Of a DNA stretch of 64,000 nucleotides, positions 40,782 to 50,846 are shown piece by piece (position 1 is the stretch's first letter; each line of letters opens with the position of its first letter). The notes under the pieces are model-generated. The model worked only from the letters and a program-made list of their open reading frames with translations, was not told the origin of the DNA and did not search any database. The stretch comes from an uncultured Candidatus Saccharibacteria bacterium. Its GTDB lineage: Bacteria > Patescibacteriota > Doudnabacteria > UBA920. The position numbers and the translations under genes are program-made. The stretch is taken from positions 3,733-67,732 of the forward strand of contig CAZXPB010000001.1 in assembly GCA_964642585.1 (NCBI GenBank), in the 5' to 3' direction.

Positions 40782-43631
40782 TTAGGGAACAGTGATTGTT
40801 ACTTTATCACTCACTACCCCATTGTTAGATTTTGCGTAGATCGTATAGCTCCCTGAAGGAGGTGGGCTTCCCCAAATAAAAGTGTATTGGTATTTACCAT
40901 TTGAGTTACTCATTGAACCAGTGCCAATTTGAGTGTTATTTCCACTTTGTTGGTAGTAGAACACCACAGATTTGTATTGTGCCGCACTCTCAGCTGTTAG
41001 TTCTAAAGGAAAGTCATTCCCTCCTCCTGATACTGAGAGGTTCAAGCTTCCGTTCAAAGCGTAGATTACATTCACGCTGTCGGTGGCCGATGTCCCATCA
41101 CTGTAAATAATTTTTGCAGTAACTGTGTGTTCTCCGTCGGAATATTTTTTACTGATACTGACTTTGTAAGGAGTAGACTGAACACTCTCAACAAAACTTC
41201 CATCTATAGAAACATCTATACGCACAATATTTTCTCCTTGAGCACCTATACTCACTACTAGTGGAGTTTTGGTAATTATCGCACCGTCAGTTGGACTAAG
41301 AATATTTACTTTACCACTCTCTTGGGGATTTTCAATTCCACTTCCTGGTGGATATTTATAGCCATTGGCAAGTGCCCAGGCAATTACTGGGTTTTCCCAA
41401 GCAGGAACTTTTGGTCTCTCACTGTGAAGTACTTTATATACTTCAGTAATGATTTGATCCGGTGGAGTTAAATCAGTTGCTGGTTGCCCAGTTAGTGAAT
41501 CAATTTGTACAGGAATATGGATGTCATCATAAGTGGTTGGAACAGACCACTCTGCGAATACCTCAGAACGAGTTTCTTCGGTGTACTGAGTTGGTAATTT
41601 TCCAGATAGCGCATCTACTGTAACTGTTTTAATTCCTTCTGGTTTTTGGAACTCTTCAATCGGTGTTCCTGCCAGAGCTTCTTTCATAAATTGATTCCAA
41701 ATTGGCCCGGCCATAATAACCGCATCTTTTTTCATTGGGGCGTTGTTGTTATTTCCTACCCAAACCCCAGCTGTTAGACTTGGGGTGAAACCCATGGTCC
41801 AACCATCTTTAAAGTCTTGTGTGGTGCCAGTTTTCGCTGCTACAGGGCGGCTTCCAAGTTGAAGTGGAGAAGATCCCCCAAACACATAAGAGCGTGCATT
41901 GTTGTCAGACATGATATTAGTCAAAAGATATACAGCTTGTTCATCTAGAACTTGTTCGCTTTGTTCTTTATATTCTTCTAGTATTGTTCCGTCCTGGCTT
42001 TCCACTTTTAAAATTGCAGTTCGTTCATTTTTCTTGCCTTTGTTAGCGAGGGCAGCGTAGGCTGTAGTATGGTCAAGTAAAGTAATATCACAACCACCAA
42101 GCACGAGAGCTAAACCGCAATCATTAAACTTTGCATTGATGCCAAGTTTTCTTGCAGTCTCAACTACTTTTTCTGGACCAACAAGTGCAATTGTTTTTAC
42201 TGCTGGTACGTTCAGAGATCCAGCCAACGCTTTTCGCATTGAGACTGGTCCGTTTGAGGCAAGGTTAAAGTTGTTTGGTGAATAACCATTTCCAAAATCT
42301 GTTTTCACATCTACCAGCATACTTGCTGGAGCATATTTAAAATCTTTCCCAAAAGCTGTTACATAAGCATATGGTTTGAAACTACTACCAGGTTGTTGTA
42401 GTGTCGTTGCAATATTTACATTTGGGCTAAATAAACAAGTTTTTGGATTACAATCTTTTGGATAATTCTCTCCAAAGTAATCTTTGCTACCAACCATTGC
42501 TAAGACTTGGCCATTCTTTGGATCCATCGCGACAAGTGAAGCATTAAAACCGCCATTGGCTTCATTTTTCTTTGCACCATCTGCCACAGCTTTTTCTGCA
42601 ATTTCTTGAAGCTTAGGATCAAGAGTTGTATAAACTTTTAAACCACCTTCTTCTAAAGTTTTTTCACCATACTTTTCAGCTAAGTAATCCTGAACATATA
42701 GAACAAAATGAGCTGCTTTAATTGAGTTAGTAATTTTTTCAAAAGCCACCTCTTCATCCATAGCTTTTTGGTATTCTTCTTCAGAAATGTATTTCAACTC
42801 TTTCATTTGGCTTAAAATATATTGTTGTCTACCTACAAGCGCATCAAAATTTGGTCCGCTTGGGTTGTAGTAACTTGGCGCTTGGGGAAGAGATGCTAAG
42901 TAAGCACTTTCAGCAATTGTTAAGTCAGAAGCGTTTTTGTTGAAATAGGTTTCACTTGCCGCCTGCACTCCGTAGGCATTACGACCGTAAGGAATTTCAT
43001 TTAAGTACATCTTAAAAATTTCATCTTTACTAAATCGCGCTTCTAGTTCAATAGAAAGAATAATTTCTTTTACTTTTCTTAAGTATGATTTTTCATTAGT
43101 CAGCATCGCGTTCTTAACAAACTGTTGCGTGATGGTACTCCCTCCTTGTTTCTTTTTTCCAGCAAGGATGTCTACTACTATAGAACGAGCAAGTCCTGAA
43201 ATTGAAATTCCAGCGTGATTATAAAAATTTCTATCTTCAGCAACAAGCGTCGCATTTTTTAAGTTAGGATTGATCTGATCAAGATTTACCAGCGTTCGTT
43301 TAAACTCACCATGTACTTCGTAAAGTAGAGTATTGTCGCGGGCATAGATTTTTGTACTTTCTGGAACATCACGCCCTAGTAATCGATTCGGATCTGGTAG
43401 TGCTTGGCTGTAATAGATAAATAGAAAAGCCACGAACAACACCCCAGCTGCGCCAACTCGAAAACCCCAAGTGGCAATTAATGTCCAATTAAGTCCTTTC
43501 ACCCAAGCTTTCCAGTTCTTCAGGCTAAATTTTTCTGAAGACAGTTTTTGGTTCTTCAATCCTTTGATCCAGCTCTTTTTTGTATTATTTTCAGAACTGG
43601 TTTGCTTTGTTTGATAGTTGTAAATTTTCAT
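40782..43631 (-). CDS. class A penicillin-binding protein (transglycosylase + transpeptidase) with ~200-aa C-terminal Ig-like extension
   Basis: GT51 motif AEDRNFYNHAGIS; TP motifs SSFK, SLN, KTGT; signal-anchor TM. Confidence 0.93.
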   Translation of the reverse strand: MKIYNYQTKQTSSENNTKKSWIKGLKNQKLSSEKFSLKNWKAWVKGLNWTLIATWGFRVGAAGVLFVAFLFIYYSQALPDPNRLLGRDVPESTKIYARDNTLLYEVHGEFKRTLVNLDQINPNLKNATLVAEDRNFYNHAGISISGLARSIVVDILAGKKKQGGSTITQQFVKNAMLTNEKSYLRKVKEIILSIELEARFSKDEIFKMYLNEIPYGRNAYGVQAASETYFNKNASDLTIAESAYLASLPQAPSYYNPSGPNFDALVGRQQYILSQMKELKYISEEEYQKAMDEEVAFEKITNSIKAAHFVLYVQDYLAEKYGEKTLEEGGLKVYTTLDPKLQEIAEKAVADGAKKNEANGGFNASLVAMDPKNGQVLAMVGSKDYFGENYPKDCNPKTCLFSPNVNIATTLQQPGSSFKPYAYVTAFGKDFKYAPASMLVDVKTDFGNGYSPNNFNLASNGPVSMRKALAGSLNVPAVKTIALVGPEKVVETARKLGINAKFNDCGLALVLGGCDITLLDHTTAYAALANKGKKNERTAILKVESQDGTILEEYKEQSEQVLDEQAVYLLTNIMSDNNARSYVFGGSSPLQLGSRPVAAKTGTTQDFKDGWTMGFTPSLTAGVWVGNNNNAPMKKDAVIMAGPIWNQFMKEALAGTPIEEFQKPEGIKTVTVDALSGKLPTQYTEETRSEVFAEWSVPTTYDDIHIPVQIDSLTGQPATDLTPPDQIITEVYKVLHSERPKVPAWENPVIAWALANGYKYPPGSGIENPQESGKVNILSPTDGAIITKTPLVVSIGAQGENIVRIDVSIDGSFVESVQSTPYKVSISKKYSDGEHTVTAKIIYSDGTSATDSVNVIYALNGSLNLSVSGGGNDFPLELTAESAAQYKSVVFYYQQSGNNTQIGTGSMSNSNGKYQYTFIWGSPPPSGSYTIYAKSNNGVVSDKVTITVP

Positions 43632-43755
43632 AATTTGTTTGTTACGGTCTTTCTTTATTATACTGATTTCCGGCTAAATATGGAAATATGTTATACTCTT
43701 ACTATAATAATACGATAGATACTGGCATCAGTAACTTAAATTTAAAACTAAAATT

Positions 43756-44952
43756 ATGGCCAAACAAACTAAAGAAGAAAGAATCCAAAGTATTTTGCAT
43801 CGCGGGGTAGAAGAAATTATCCATGCTAAGCACTTAGAGAAACAGCTTCGCAGTCGTAAAAAACTACGCGTGAAGTTAGGGATTGACCCAACTAGCCCAA
43901 ATATCCACATTGGTAGAGCGGTGGTACTATGGAAGCTGAGAGCTTTCCAGGATCTTGGTCATAAAGCCGTATTCATTGTCGGCGATTTTACGGGTCAAAT
44001 TGGAGATACTTCAGATAAAGACGCCGAGCGCCCAATGTTAACAGAACGAGAGATTGAAAAAAATGTTACAAACTATCTTGAGCAAGCCTTTAAAATTTTA
44101 GATAAAGATAAAACAGAATTTCATTATAACTCAACATGGTTAAAAAAATTAGGTTTTGCAGAAATCGGGAAACTAGCGAATCTTTTTGGTATGCATGAAT
44201 TCTCAGCGCGTGATAACATTGCAAAAAGATTAAAAGCGGGTAAGCGTGTTTCTCTTCGCGAGCTTCTCTACCCTATCATGCAGGGGTACGACAGTGTAGC
44301 AGTTAAAGCAGATGTTGAACTTGGTGGAACTGATCAACGATTTAATTTACTTGCTGGTCGAACCATCCAAGAAAATTCTGGCTTTGAACCACAAGATGTT
44401 TTGATGACCACTTTGATTGAGGGAACAGATGGTAGAAAGATGTCTTCCTCTTGGGGTAACACAATCAATTTAACTGATGCGCCAGAAATTATGTTTGGGA
44501 AAGCAATGAGTATCCCCGACTCGTTAATGGATAAGTATTTTTTGTTAACCACCAATATTCCTGAAGCACAGATTGAAGTAATCAAAAAAAGTTATAGTAA
44601 TCCAAGAGATCGCAAATTAATTCTCGCGCATACTATTGTTGAACAATACTACGACTCGCACAAAGCAAGGACTGCCCAAGAAAGTTTCATCTCACAGTTT
44701 AGCAAAAAAGAATTACCTACTAACATTCCCGAAATTAAATTAAAGTCTGGTGAATATCTTGTGGTAGATATTCTCACTCAAACTAAATTAGTAGCAAGTA
44801 AAAGTGAGGCAAGGCGCTTGCTTGAACAAGGCGGGGTGAAGGTTAATCAAAAGGTGATTAGCTTACAAGAAGCCAATAAACCGCTAAAAATAGGTATAAA
44901 AAACAACTTGATAATACAAGTTGGGAAACGCCGCTTTATTAAAATAAAATAG
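43756..44952 (+). CDS. tyrS: tyrosyl-tRNA synthetase
   Basis: Class I HIGH-like PTSPNIHIGRAVV, KMSSS, C-terminal S4-like domain. Confidence 0.85.
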   Translation: MAKQTKEERIQSILHRGVEEIIHAKHLEKQLRSRKKLRVKLGIDPTSPNIHIGRAVVLWKLRAFQDLGHKAVFIVGDFTGQIGDTSDKDAERPMLTEREIEKNVTNYLEQAFKILDKDKTEFHYNSTWLKKLGFAEIGKLANLFGMHEFSARDNIAKRLKAGKRVSLRELLYPIMQGYDSVAVKADVELGGTDQRFNLLAGRTIQENSGFEPQDVLMTTLIEGTDGRKMSSSWGNTINLTDAPEIMFGKAMSIPDSLMDKYFLLTTNIPEAQIEVIKKSYSNPRDRKLILAHTIVEQYYDSHKARTAQESFISQFSKKELPTNIPEIKLKSGEYLVVDILTQTKLVASKSEARRLLEQGGVKVNQKVISLQEANKPLKIGIKNNLIIQVGKRRFIKIK

Positions 44953-44973
44953 TTTAGAAAAATTACCCAATTT

Positions 44974-44998
44974 AAAACCCTCAATCAATGAGGGTTTT
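44974..44998. terminator. bidirectional terminator
   Basis: aaaaccctcaatcaatgagggtttt. Confidence 0.75.
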
Positions 44999-45001
44999 AA
45001 A

Positions 45002-45133
45002 TTACATTTCAGCTTGAGCTTCGTCAGCTACAGGAGCTTCTTCTGTGTGAACTTCTTCAGCACCTTCAGTAGGAACTTCAGTTGTTTCAGCTTCAGAACC
45101 TTCAGCTGTTTCTTCTTCGTCGTTAAAGAACAT
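45002..45133 (-). CDS. small highly acidic protein (43 aa), hypothetical
   Basis: GAGGAG RBS 7 nt upstream of ATG; MFFNDEEETAEGSEAETTEVPTEGAEEVHTEEAPVADEAQAEM; below ORF-track cutoff. Confidence 0.4.
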   Translation of the reverse strand: MFFNDEEETAEGSEAETTEVPTEGAEEVHTEEAPVADEAQAEM

Positions 45134-45267
45134 AGTGTTCTCCTCATCTACACAAGTGTAGACATTAGTGAATAAAATACCAGTCCAAAATTTGCTGAAC
45201 TGTTATCAACACTATACCATTATGAAAAATATTTGTAAAGGGCAAATTTGGAGAAAATTTACACTGA

Positions 45268-45747
45268 CTATTTTTTCCAGACTGCAGCACATAGGGCAAT
45301 GGCTAGGGCGTCGGCGGCATCATCTGGTCTTGGTAAAGTTTTTAACTTGAATGTTTGCTGGACCATTTTCTGAACTTGTTTTTTGTCGGCTTTACCGTAC
45401 CCACACAAAGTATTTTTTACTTGTAAGGGTGTGAACTCTAGGACCGAAAGATTGGCCTGACTCCCTGCTAGTAGTGCCACTCCCCTAGCTTGAGAAACGG
45501 TCATTACAGTTGTTTGATTAGAAGTAAAAAATAATTTTTCAATTCCGAGGAAGTTTGGTTTATGTTTTTTAATAATTGCCGAGAGATCTTCAAAAATGAT
45601 TTGCAGTCTTTCCGCATCACTCTTAGTTTTAGGAGTTTCAATTACACCAAACTCTAGAATTTCATATTCCAGATTTTTAGTATTTGATTTTCTTATTATG
45701 CCAAAACCAGTTGTGGCTGTTCCTGGGTCAATTCCCAAATATATCAT
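45268..45747 (-). CDS. ruvC: crossover junction endodeoxyribonuclease RuvC
   Basis: MIYLGIDPGTATTGFGII... RNase H-like fold with catalytic D/E residues. Confidence 0.93.
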   Translation of the reverse strand: MIYLGIDPGTATTGFGIIRKSNTKNLEYEILEFGVIETPKTKSDAERLQIIFEDLSAIIKKHKPNFLGIEKLFFTSNQTTVMTVSQARGVALLAGSQANLSVLEFTPLQVKNTLCGYGKADKKQVQKMVQQTFKLKTLPRPDDAADALAIALCAAVWKK

Positions 45748-45781
45748 TTTGTTTTACTTGCAATTAAATAATAGTAAAAAA

Positions 45782-46324
45782 CTAATTAATGTTTGTATAG
45801 ACGGCTGTGACATCTTCATCGTCTTCTAGGGCTTCAAATAGTTTGTGAGCTTTTTCTAGGTCCTCATCGGTTAAATCTAGTGGGGTGTTACTCTCAAGTT
45901 CTCCTGCCTCGTTTTTCTTAAATTGCCATGCCACGCTGCCCTGTGATCCAAGGTTGCCATTGTTCTTCATAAAGATGGTTTTGACTTTTTGCACAGTACG
46001 GTTTTTATTGTCAGTAATAGCCTCAATCAGAAAAGCAGCTCCTCCTGGGCCATATCCTTCGTAAATCACTTCTTCAAGGGCAGCAGAGCCATCTTTCCCT
46101 AATCCCTTCTTAATAGCGCGTTCTATGTTGTCGTTCGGCATAGATAGCGCGCGAGCCTTATCAATTTCCACACGAAGCCTAAAGTTTAGAGTGGGGTCGC
46201 CATTGTTACCCTCTTTGGCAGCTACAGAGATTTTTTTAGAAAGTTTACCAAAAATAGCTCCTTTTTTGGCATCGGCAGCACCTTTGGCTCGTTTAATTGT
46301 TGACCATTTAGAATGTCCTGACAT
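45782..46324 (-). CDS. yebC: YebC/PmpR-family transcriptional regulator (short)
   Basis: [39 protein letters not shown]... family signature. Confidence 0.9.
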   Translation of the reverse strand: MSGHSKWSTIKRAKGAADAKKGAIFGKLSKKISVAAKEGNNGDPTLNFRLRVEIDKARALSMPNDNIERAIKKGLGKDGSAALEEVIYEGYGPGGAAFLIEAITDNKNRTVQKVKTIFMKNNGNLGSQGSVAWQFKKNEAGELESNTPLDLTDEDLEKAHKLFEALEDDEDVTAVYTNIN

Positions 46325-46337
46325 TTTGTTCTATAAA

Positions 46338-47003
46338 TTACTTGAATGATAGGAGAAAAGTGATCTCCCCTTTTAGGGCAGAGCGTGGTTTCAAATTAGC
46401 AAGGATTTCGCTAGGAGTACCCCGTAAATATTCCTCATGCATTTTAGTAAGCTCTCGAGCTACGACACAATTTACTTCCGGAAAGCTCTTGCCTATATAT
46501 TCTAATGTCTTTGTAATTCTTTGGGGAGACTCGTAAGCTATCAAAGTACTTTGGGTTGTCTCCGCCATTTTTACTAGTTCGCAGACCTTATGCTCTGTCT
46601 TTGGAAAAAATCCTACAAAAATATATCTGTCAGTGGGAAGTCCTGATGCAGAAAGAGCGGTAGTCGCAGCGTTAGCTCCAGGAAGTGCAACAACTTCTAA
46701 ATTAACTTCGCGAGCTGCGCGTACCAAACGAAATCCTGGATCGGAAATTGCTGGAGTGCCTGCATCGCTCACTAGACATGCAGTTTCATTTTGCAAACGA
46801 TCTAAATATTTTTTCAAAACAAGACGTTCGTTGTGATCTGCAAATTGTACCACCGGCTTTTTTGGTAATTTCAAAAGTTGTAGAAGTTTGTGAGTTGTCG
46901 CTGGATTTTCGGCAATGATAAAATCGCAGTTCTCCAGAGCAAGTTTACTTCGCTCGGTAATGTCTCCAAGGTTACCAAGTGGTGTTGGAACAATATATAA
47001 CAT
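46338..47003 (-). CDS. rsmI: 16S rRNA (cytidine1402-2'-O)-methyltransferase RsmI
   Basis: MLYIVPTPLGNLGDIT... tetrapyrrole-methylase-fold signature. Confidence 0.88.
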   Translation of the reverse strand: MLYIVPTPLGNLGDITERSKLALENCDFIIAENPATTHKLLQLLKLPKKPVVQFADHNERLVLKKYLDRLQNETACLVSDAGTPAISDPGFRLVRAAREVNLEVVALPGANAATTALSASGLPTDRYIFVGFFPKTEHKVCELVKMAETTQSTLIAYESPQRITKTLEYIGKSFPEVNCVVARELTKMHEEYLRGTPSEILANLKPRSALKGEITFLLSFK

Positions 47004-47024
47004 AAAATATATTTAAATTTTGCT

Positions 47025-47297
47025 TTAGCGATCTTTTAGTTCTAATCCAAAAAGCTCTTCAATGATATCGTAATCAAGTTTTAATCTTTCGCGGTACTCT
47101 TGCAGTTCTTCTCGTCTGTCGCCTTCAGCATCAAACCATTCGTCATAACTTTCTTTTAGTTCATCATCAATCTGTTGGCATCTAGCAAAAGCTTCACTCT
47201 CTGTTGCCGGAGCAGTTTCAGCCCATTCCTCATAGCTTAAGCCCAGTTTGCGCTCGAACTTGTCTTCAAATAATTCTTGTCTATTTTCTTGGTCCAT
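47025..47297 (-). CDS. small acidic hypothetical protein (90 aa)
   Basis: Start re-set to MDQENRQ...; the ORF-track N-terminal extension to 47369 overlaps tRNA-Ile. Confidence 0.45.
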   Translation of the reverse strand: MDQENRQELFEDKFERKLGLSYEEWAETAPATESEAFARCQQIDDELKESYDEWFDAEGDRREELQEYRERLKLDYDIIEELFGLELKDR

Positions 47298-47335
47298 ATG
47301 AATTTTGTTTAAATTTAAAGCCCAAATGGGCTTGC

Positions 47336-47412
47336 TGGTGCGCGTGCATGGATTCGAACCATGGACCACAAAGGTATAAGCTTTGCGCTCTAACCAACTG
47401 AGCTACACGCGC
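47336..47412 (-). tRNA. tRNA-Ile with UAU anticodon (reads AUA), CCA encoded
   Basis: GCGCGTG/CACGCGC acceptor stem, D-arm GCTC-AGTTGGTTA-GAGC, anticodon stem CAAAG/CTTTG with loop CTTATAC (U33, anticodon TAT, A37), T-arm CATGG-TTCGAAT-CCATG, discriminator A, CCA. Confidence 0.85.
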
Positions 47413-47521
47413 ATATTGAAAGATTACTTAGGTATTATAGATAACAATCGTTTTTGGGGCAATAAAAAAGAACCGTCTTTGTAAAGACGGTCCTGTAGGT
47501 TAAACTCTGAGATTAGTTCAA

Positions 47522-47983
47522 CTAGTCTTTCGGTTTCGTTAAGAAAATCCCCATTTTCTCATTTTTCCAAACTATAGTGCAAGGTAAGCCAGTCTTTTTT
47601 AGACTTCTTTTTACACTTCCCTTTATGGTATGGACGATGAGATAATTGTTCGTGGGGTTATTAACACCGATTAAGGAATTAGGTATTGATATCCATCGCT
47701 CTCCGAACAATTGGCTTTCTTGGAAATTCGTAAGGAATATTTTTTGATTTTCGCTCCAGCAATCTAGAGACAAAATTCTGTTCCAAAATTCCTGCGGAAT
47801 CACCTCATAAATAATGTCGCAGTCGCGTCGGTTCGTTGGATTAATTTTCCGTACGACCAACCTTACTTCGAGCTTTTCGTCATCTTTAATCCTAGCTCTT
47901 AATCGCATCTTGGTCAGCAGTTCTTGAACTTGCTCATCACGATTGAGCTCAATTTGCAGCTTCTCCATTGTTACTTTACGCAC
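47522..47983 (-). CDS. hypothetical protein
   Basis: GGAGG 8 nt upstream of GTG at 47983 (alternative ATG at 47968); the ORF-track start at 48046 is likely an extension. No recognised motif. Confidence 0.5.
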   Translation of the reverse strand: MRKVTMEKLQIELNRDEQVQELLTKMRLRARIKDDEKLEVRLVVRKINPTNRRDCDIIYEVIPQEFWNRILSLDCWSENQKIFLTNFQESQLFGERWISIPNSLIGVNNPTNNYLIVHTIKGSVKRSLKKTGLPCTIVWKNEKMGIFLTKPKD

Positions 47984-48117
47984 CTTTGTTTCCTCCCCTT
48001 TTGCATTAGAACACATCACTATACTACAAAAAGCAATAACTGTCAAGGGAAGTTTTAAGTTAAAAAAGCTGTGTTGATGGAATCAACACAGCTTTAATTA
48101 TTTTTTATATATGGAGC

Positions 48118-50589
48118 TTACACCACAGTTGCGCTGGCAACGGTGTCGTCTCCAGTTAGGCTCATCACTTTCACACCTTGAGTGGCGCGGCCTAGTGTAG
48201 AGATTGTTTTAATCGGAGTTTTAATTGTTTGCCCTTGCTTTGAAATGATTAATAAGTCTTTTGTGTCGGCATCTTCTGGAGTAAGGATACTCATGGAAAC
48301 AATTTTTCCAGTCTTCGGTGTAATCTTCACGGTTTTAATTCCGCTTCCACCACGCTTTTGAACCTTGTAATCTTTTACCGGAGTTTTTTTACCAAGACCA
48401 TGTTCGGTAACAACTAGTACTTCACGACCTTGTCCTTCCATGTCTTTTGTTATGATGTCCATAGAAATAACATGATCATCTTTCTTTAAACGGATACCAC
48501 CCACGCCTGCGGCTGCTCGACCCATCGCACGAACATCTGATTCTTTAAAGCGAATTGCTTGACCATCTTCTGTGGAGAGCATCATTTCGTCACTACCTGA
48601 GCTCGCGTTAACCCAACGAAGTTCATCATCACCTTTTAGGCCGATGGCAATCATGCCGGACTTACGAACTTTGGCAAATTCGTCTATGGAAACTTTTTTA
48701 ATAAGTCCATTGCGAGTAGCCATGACAAGGAATTTTGCGCCACTCTTTTTTGATATAGCAAGAACGGCTGTGGCAAATTCGTTGCTACCGAGTTGGAGGA
48801 AGTTTACAAGGGCTTGTCCTTTGCTGGTGCGTGAGCTTTCTGGGATTTCGTAAACTTTAGTTACGAACACACGGCCTTTGTTTGTAAAGAACATGATGTC
48901 GTCGTGAGTTGTTGCAGACAACACGGAGTCAATAATGTCCTCATCTTTTAGGCTTTGACCAATAACTCCTTTACCACCACGAGCTTGTGAACGGTAAGTG
49001 TCTGGAGATTGGCGCTTAATGTAGCCAGATTTAGTGATGGAGATGATTACATTGTTTTCAGGAATTAAATCTTCAGCGTTAAATTGGCCAATGCCTTGTG
49101 GCACAATTTGGGTACGGCGTTCATCTCCAAACTTTTCACGAAGTTCAATTACCTCTGTTTTGATAATTCCTAAAATCTTCTTTACAGAACTTAAGATTCC
49201 TTCTAGTTCAGCAATAAGTTTTAGTTTTTCTGCTAGTTCATCTTCAATTTTCTTTCGTTCAAGTCCAGCCAAAGTTTGAAGACGCATGTCTAAAATTGCG
49301 TTGGTCTGAATTTCAGAAAGTTTAAACTTAGCAATCAATTTCTTTTGCGCTTCATAGCGGTCGGCACTTGCGCGGATAATTTTGATTACTTCATCAATAT
49401 GATCAAGCGCAGTTTTCAAACCTTCTAAAATGTGCGCACGGTCTTTTGCTTTTTGAAGTTCAAAAGCTGTACGGCGTCGAACAACAATTTGACGATGCTT
49501 TAAATAATTTTCAAGAATAGTTTTAAGGTTCATCACTTGTGGCTGGATTCCTTCTTCCAAAGCCAAAGTGTTCATATGAAAAGTTTCTTGAAGTTGTGTG
49601 TAAGAAAAGAGTTGGTTCAAGATTTTGTTTGCAAGCGCTTCTTTCTTTAAATCGATAACTACGCGCAAACCATCTTTGTCGCTTTCATCGCGGACATCTT
49701 TTATTCCCTCTAGTTTTTTGTCGCGGACTAAATCAGCAATGCGTTGCAGCATTGTTGCTTTGTTAACTCGGTAAGGAATTTCTGTAATTAAAATTCTTTG
49801 CGCACCTGTTTTAGTTTCTTCAATTTCAGTACGGCCACGCATAACAATTCCGCCCTTACCGGTTGTGTAAGCAGTTTTAATTGCCGCGCGATCATAAATA
49901 ATTCCACCGGTAGGAAAGTCTGGACCAGTGATAATATCTGAAAGTTCATCCATAGAAATTTCTGGATTTTCAATCATAGCAACAATGGCGTTGGAAACTT
50001 CTGTGAGGTTGTGAGGAGGGATATCTGTTGCCATTCCTACTGCAATTCCCAGTGTCCCGTTTAAAAGGAGGTTAGGAAGTTTGCCAGGAAGCACGCTAGG
50101 TTCTTTTTCAGTAGCGTCGTAGTTATCGCGGAAATCTACGGTATCTTTATCTATATCTTCAAGTAGAGCTTCTGCTAAAGCGGACATTTTTGCTTCAGTG
50201 TAACGCATGGCAGCTGCGCCATCACCATCCATTGAACCAAAGTTCCCCTGCCCAATAATTAGTGGGTAGCGAAGGGCGAAGTCTTGCGCCATGTGCACCA
50301 TGGAGTCGTACACAGCAGTGTCGCCATGAGGATGATACTTACCTAGAACTTCACCGACAACCGTTGCAGACTTACGAGTCTTGCCATTGTGGCGTAGCCC
50401 TAGAGTATTCATCGCATGGAGGATTCTACGGTGAACTGGTTTTAGTCCATCGCGTACATCAGGAAGAGCGCGGCCGACAATTACTGTCATCGCGTAATCC
50501 AAATACGATTCCTGCATTTCTGTTTCTAGGAATCGTTGGTTGATTACTCCAATATTTTGACTGAGTTCTTCTTTTGCGTCTTTCGGCAT
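48118..50589 (-). CDS. gyrA: DNA gyrase subunit A
   Basis: 823 aa. Active-site region AAMRYTEA, QRDR, GyrA-box containing C-terminal beta-pinwheel. Confidence 0.95.
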   Translation of the reverse strand: MPKDAKEELSQNIGVINQRFLETEMQESYLDYAMTVIVGRALPDVRDGLKPVHRRILHAMNTLGLRHNGKTRKSATVVGEVLGKYHPHGDTAVYDSMVHMAQDFALRYPLIIGQGNFGSMDGDGAAAMRYTEAKMSALAEALLEDIDKDTVDFRDNYDATEKEPSVLPGKLPNLLLNGTLGIAVGMATDIPPHNLTEVSNAIVAMIENPEISMDELSDIITGPDFPTGGIIYDRAAIKTAYTTGKGGIVMRGRTEIEETKTGAQRILITEIPYRVNKATMLQRIADLVRDKKLEGIKDVRDESDKDGLRVVIDLKKEALANKILNQLFSYTQLQETFHMNTLALEEGIQPQVMNLKTILENYLKHRQIVVRRRTAFELQKAKDRAHILEGLKTALDHIDEVIKIIRASADRYEAQKKLIAKFKLSEIQTNAILDMRLQTLAGLERKKIEDELAEKLKLIAELEGILSSVKKILGIIKTEVIELREKFGDERRTQIVPQGIGQFNAEDLIPENNVIISITKSGYIKRQSPDTYRSQARGGKGVIGQSLKDEDIIDSVLSATTHDDIMFFTNKGRVFVTKVYEIPESSRTSKGQALVNFLQLGSNEFATAVLAISKKSGAKFLVMATRNGLIKKVSIDEFAKVRKSGMIAIGLKGDDELRWVNASSGSDEMMLSTEDGQAIRFKESDVRAMGRAAAGVGGIRLKKDDHVISMDIITKDMEGQGREVLVVTEHGLGKKTPVKDYKVQKRGGSGIKTVKITPKTGKIVSMSILTPEDADTKDLLIISKQGQTIKTPIKTISTLGRATQGVKVMSLTGDDTVASATVV

Positions 50590-50602
50590 AGTTTTCTAGA
50601 GA

Positions 50603-50830
50603 TTAATTTGAAGATTGATTGGCTGGATCAGCAGGAACAATATTTTTCCCGCTCTGAACTTCTTGTTGAAAGTTTTGAAAAAAGTTTTCATCGGGAGTTG
50701 TCTTACGCCCGTTACCGACAATCATCCAAATAATTAGGAGGAGTGCAACTGCAACACCGGCGCTAATCCAGACAATTCTATTTTGATGGTGCACTGGACG
50801 AGAACGAATATTTTCAATAACTTTTTTCAT
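50603..50830 (-). CDS. small membrane protein, hypothetical
   Basis: 75 aa, single TM; 14 nt upstream of gyrA. Confidence 0.45.
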   Translation of the reverse strand: MKKVIENIRSRPVHHQNRIVWISAGVAVALLLIIWMIVGNGRKTTPDENFFQNFQQEVQSGKNIVPADPANQSSN

Positions 50831-50846
50831 GACTTTGTTTTTTATT

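Noticed and set aside
47298-47369. Extension of the 47025 ORF across tRNA-Ile
   Set aside because: It overlaps a well-formed tRNA gene; the internal Met gives a clean start.
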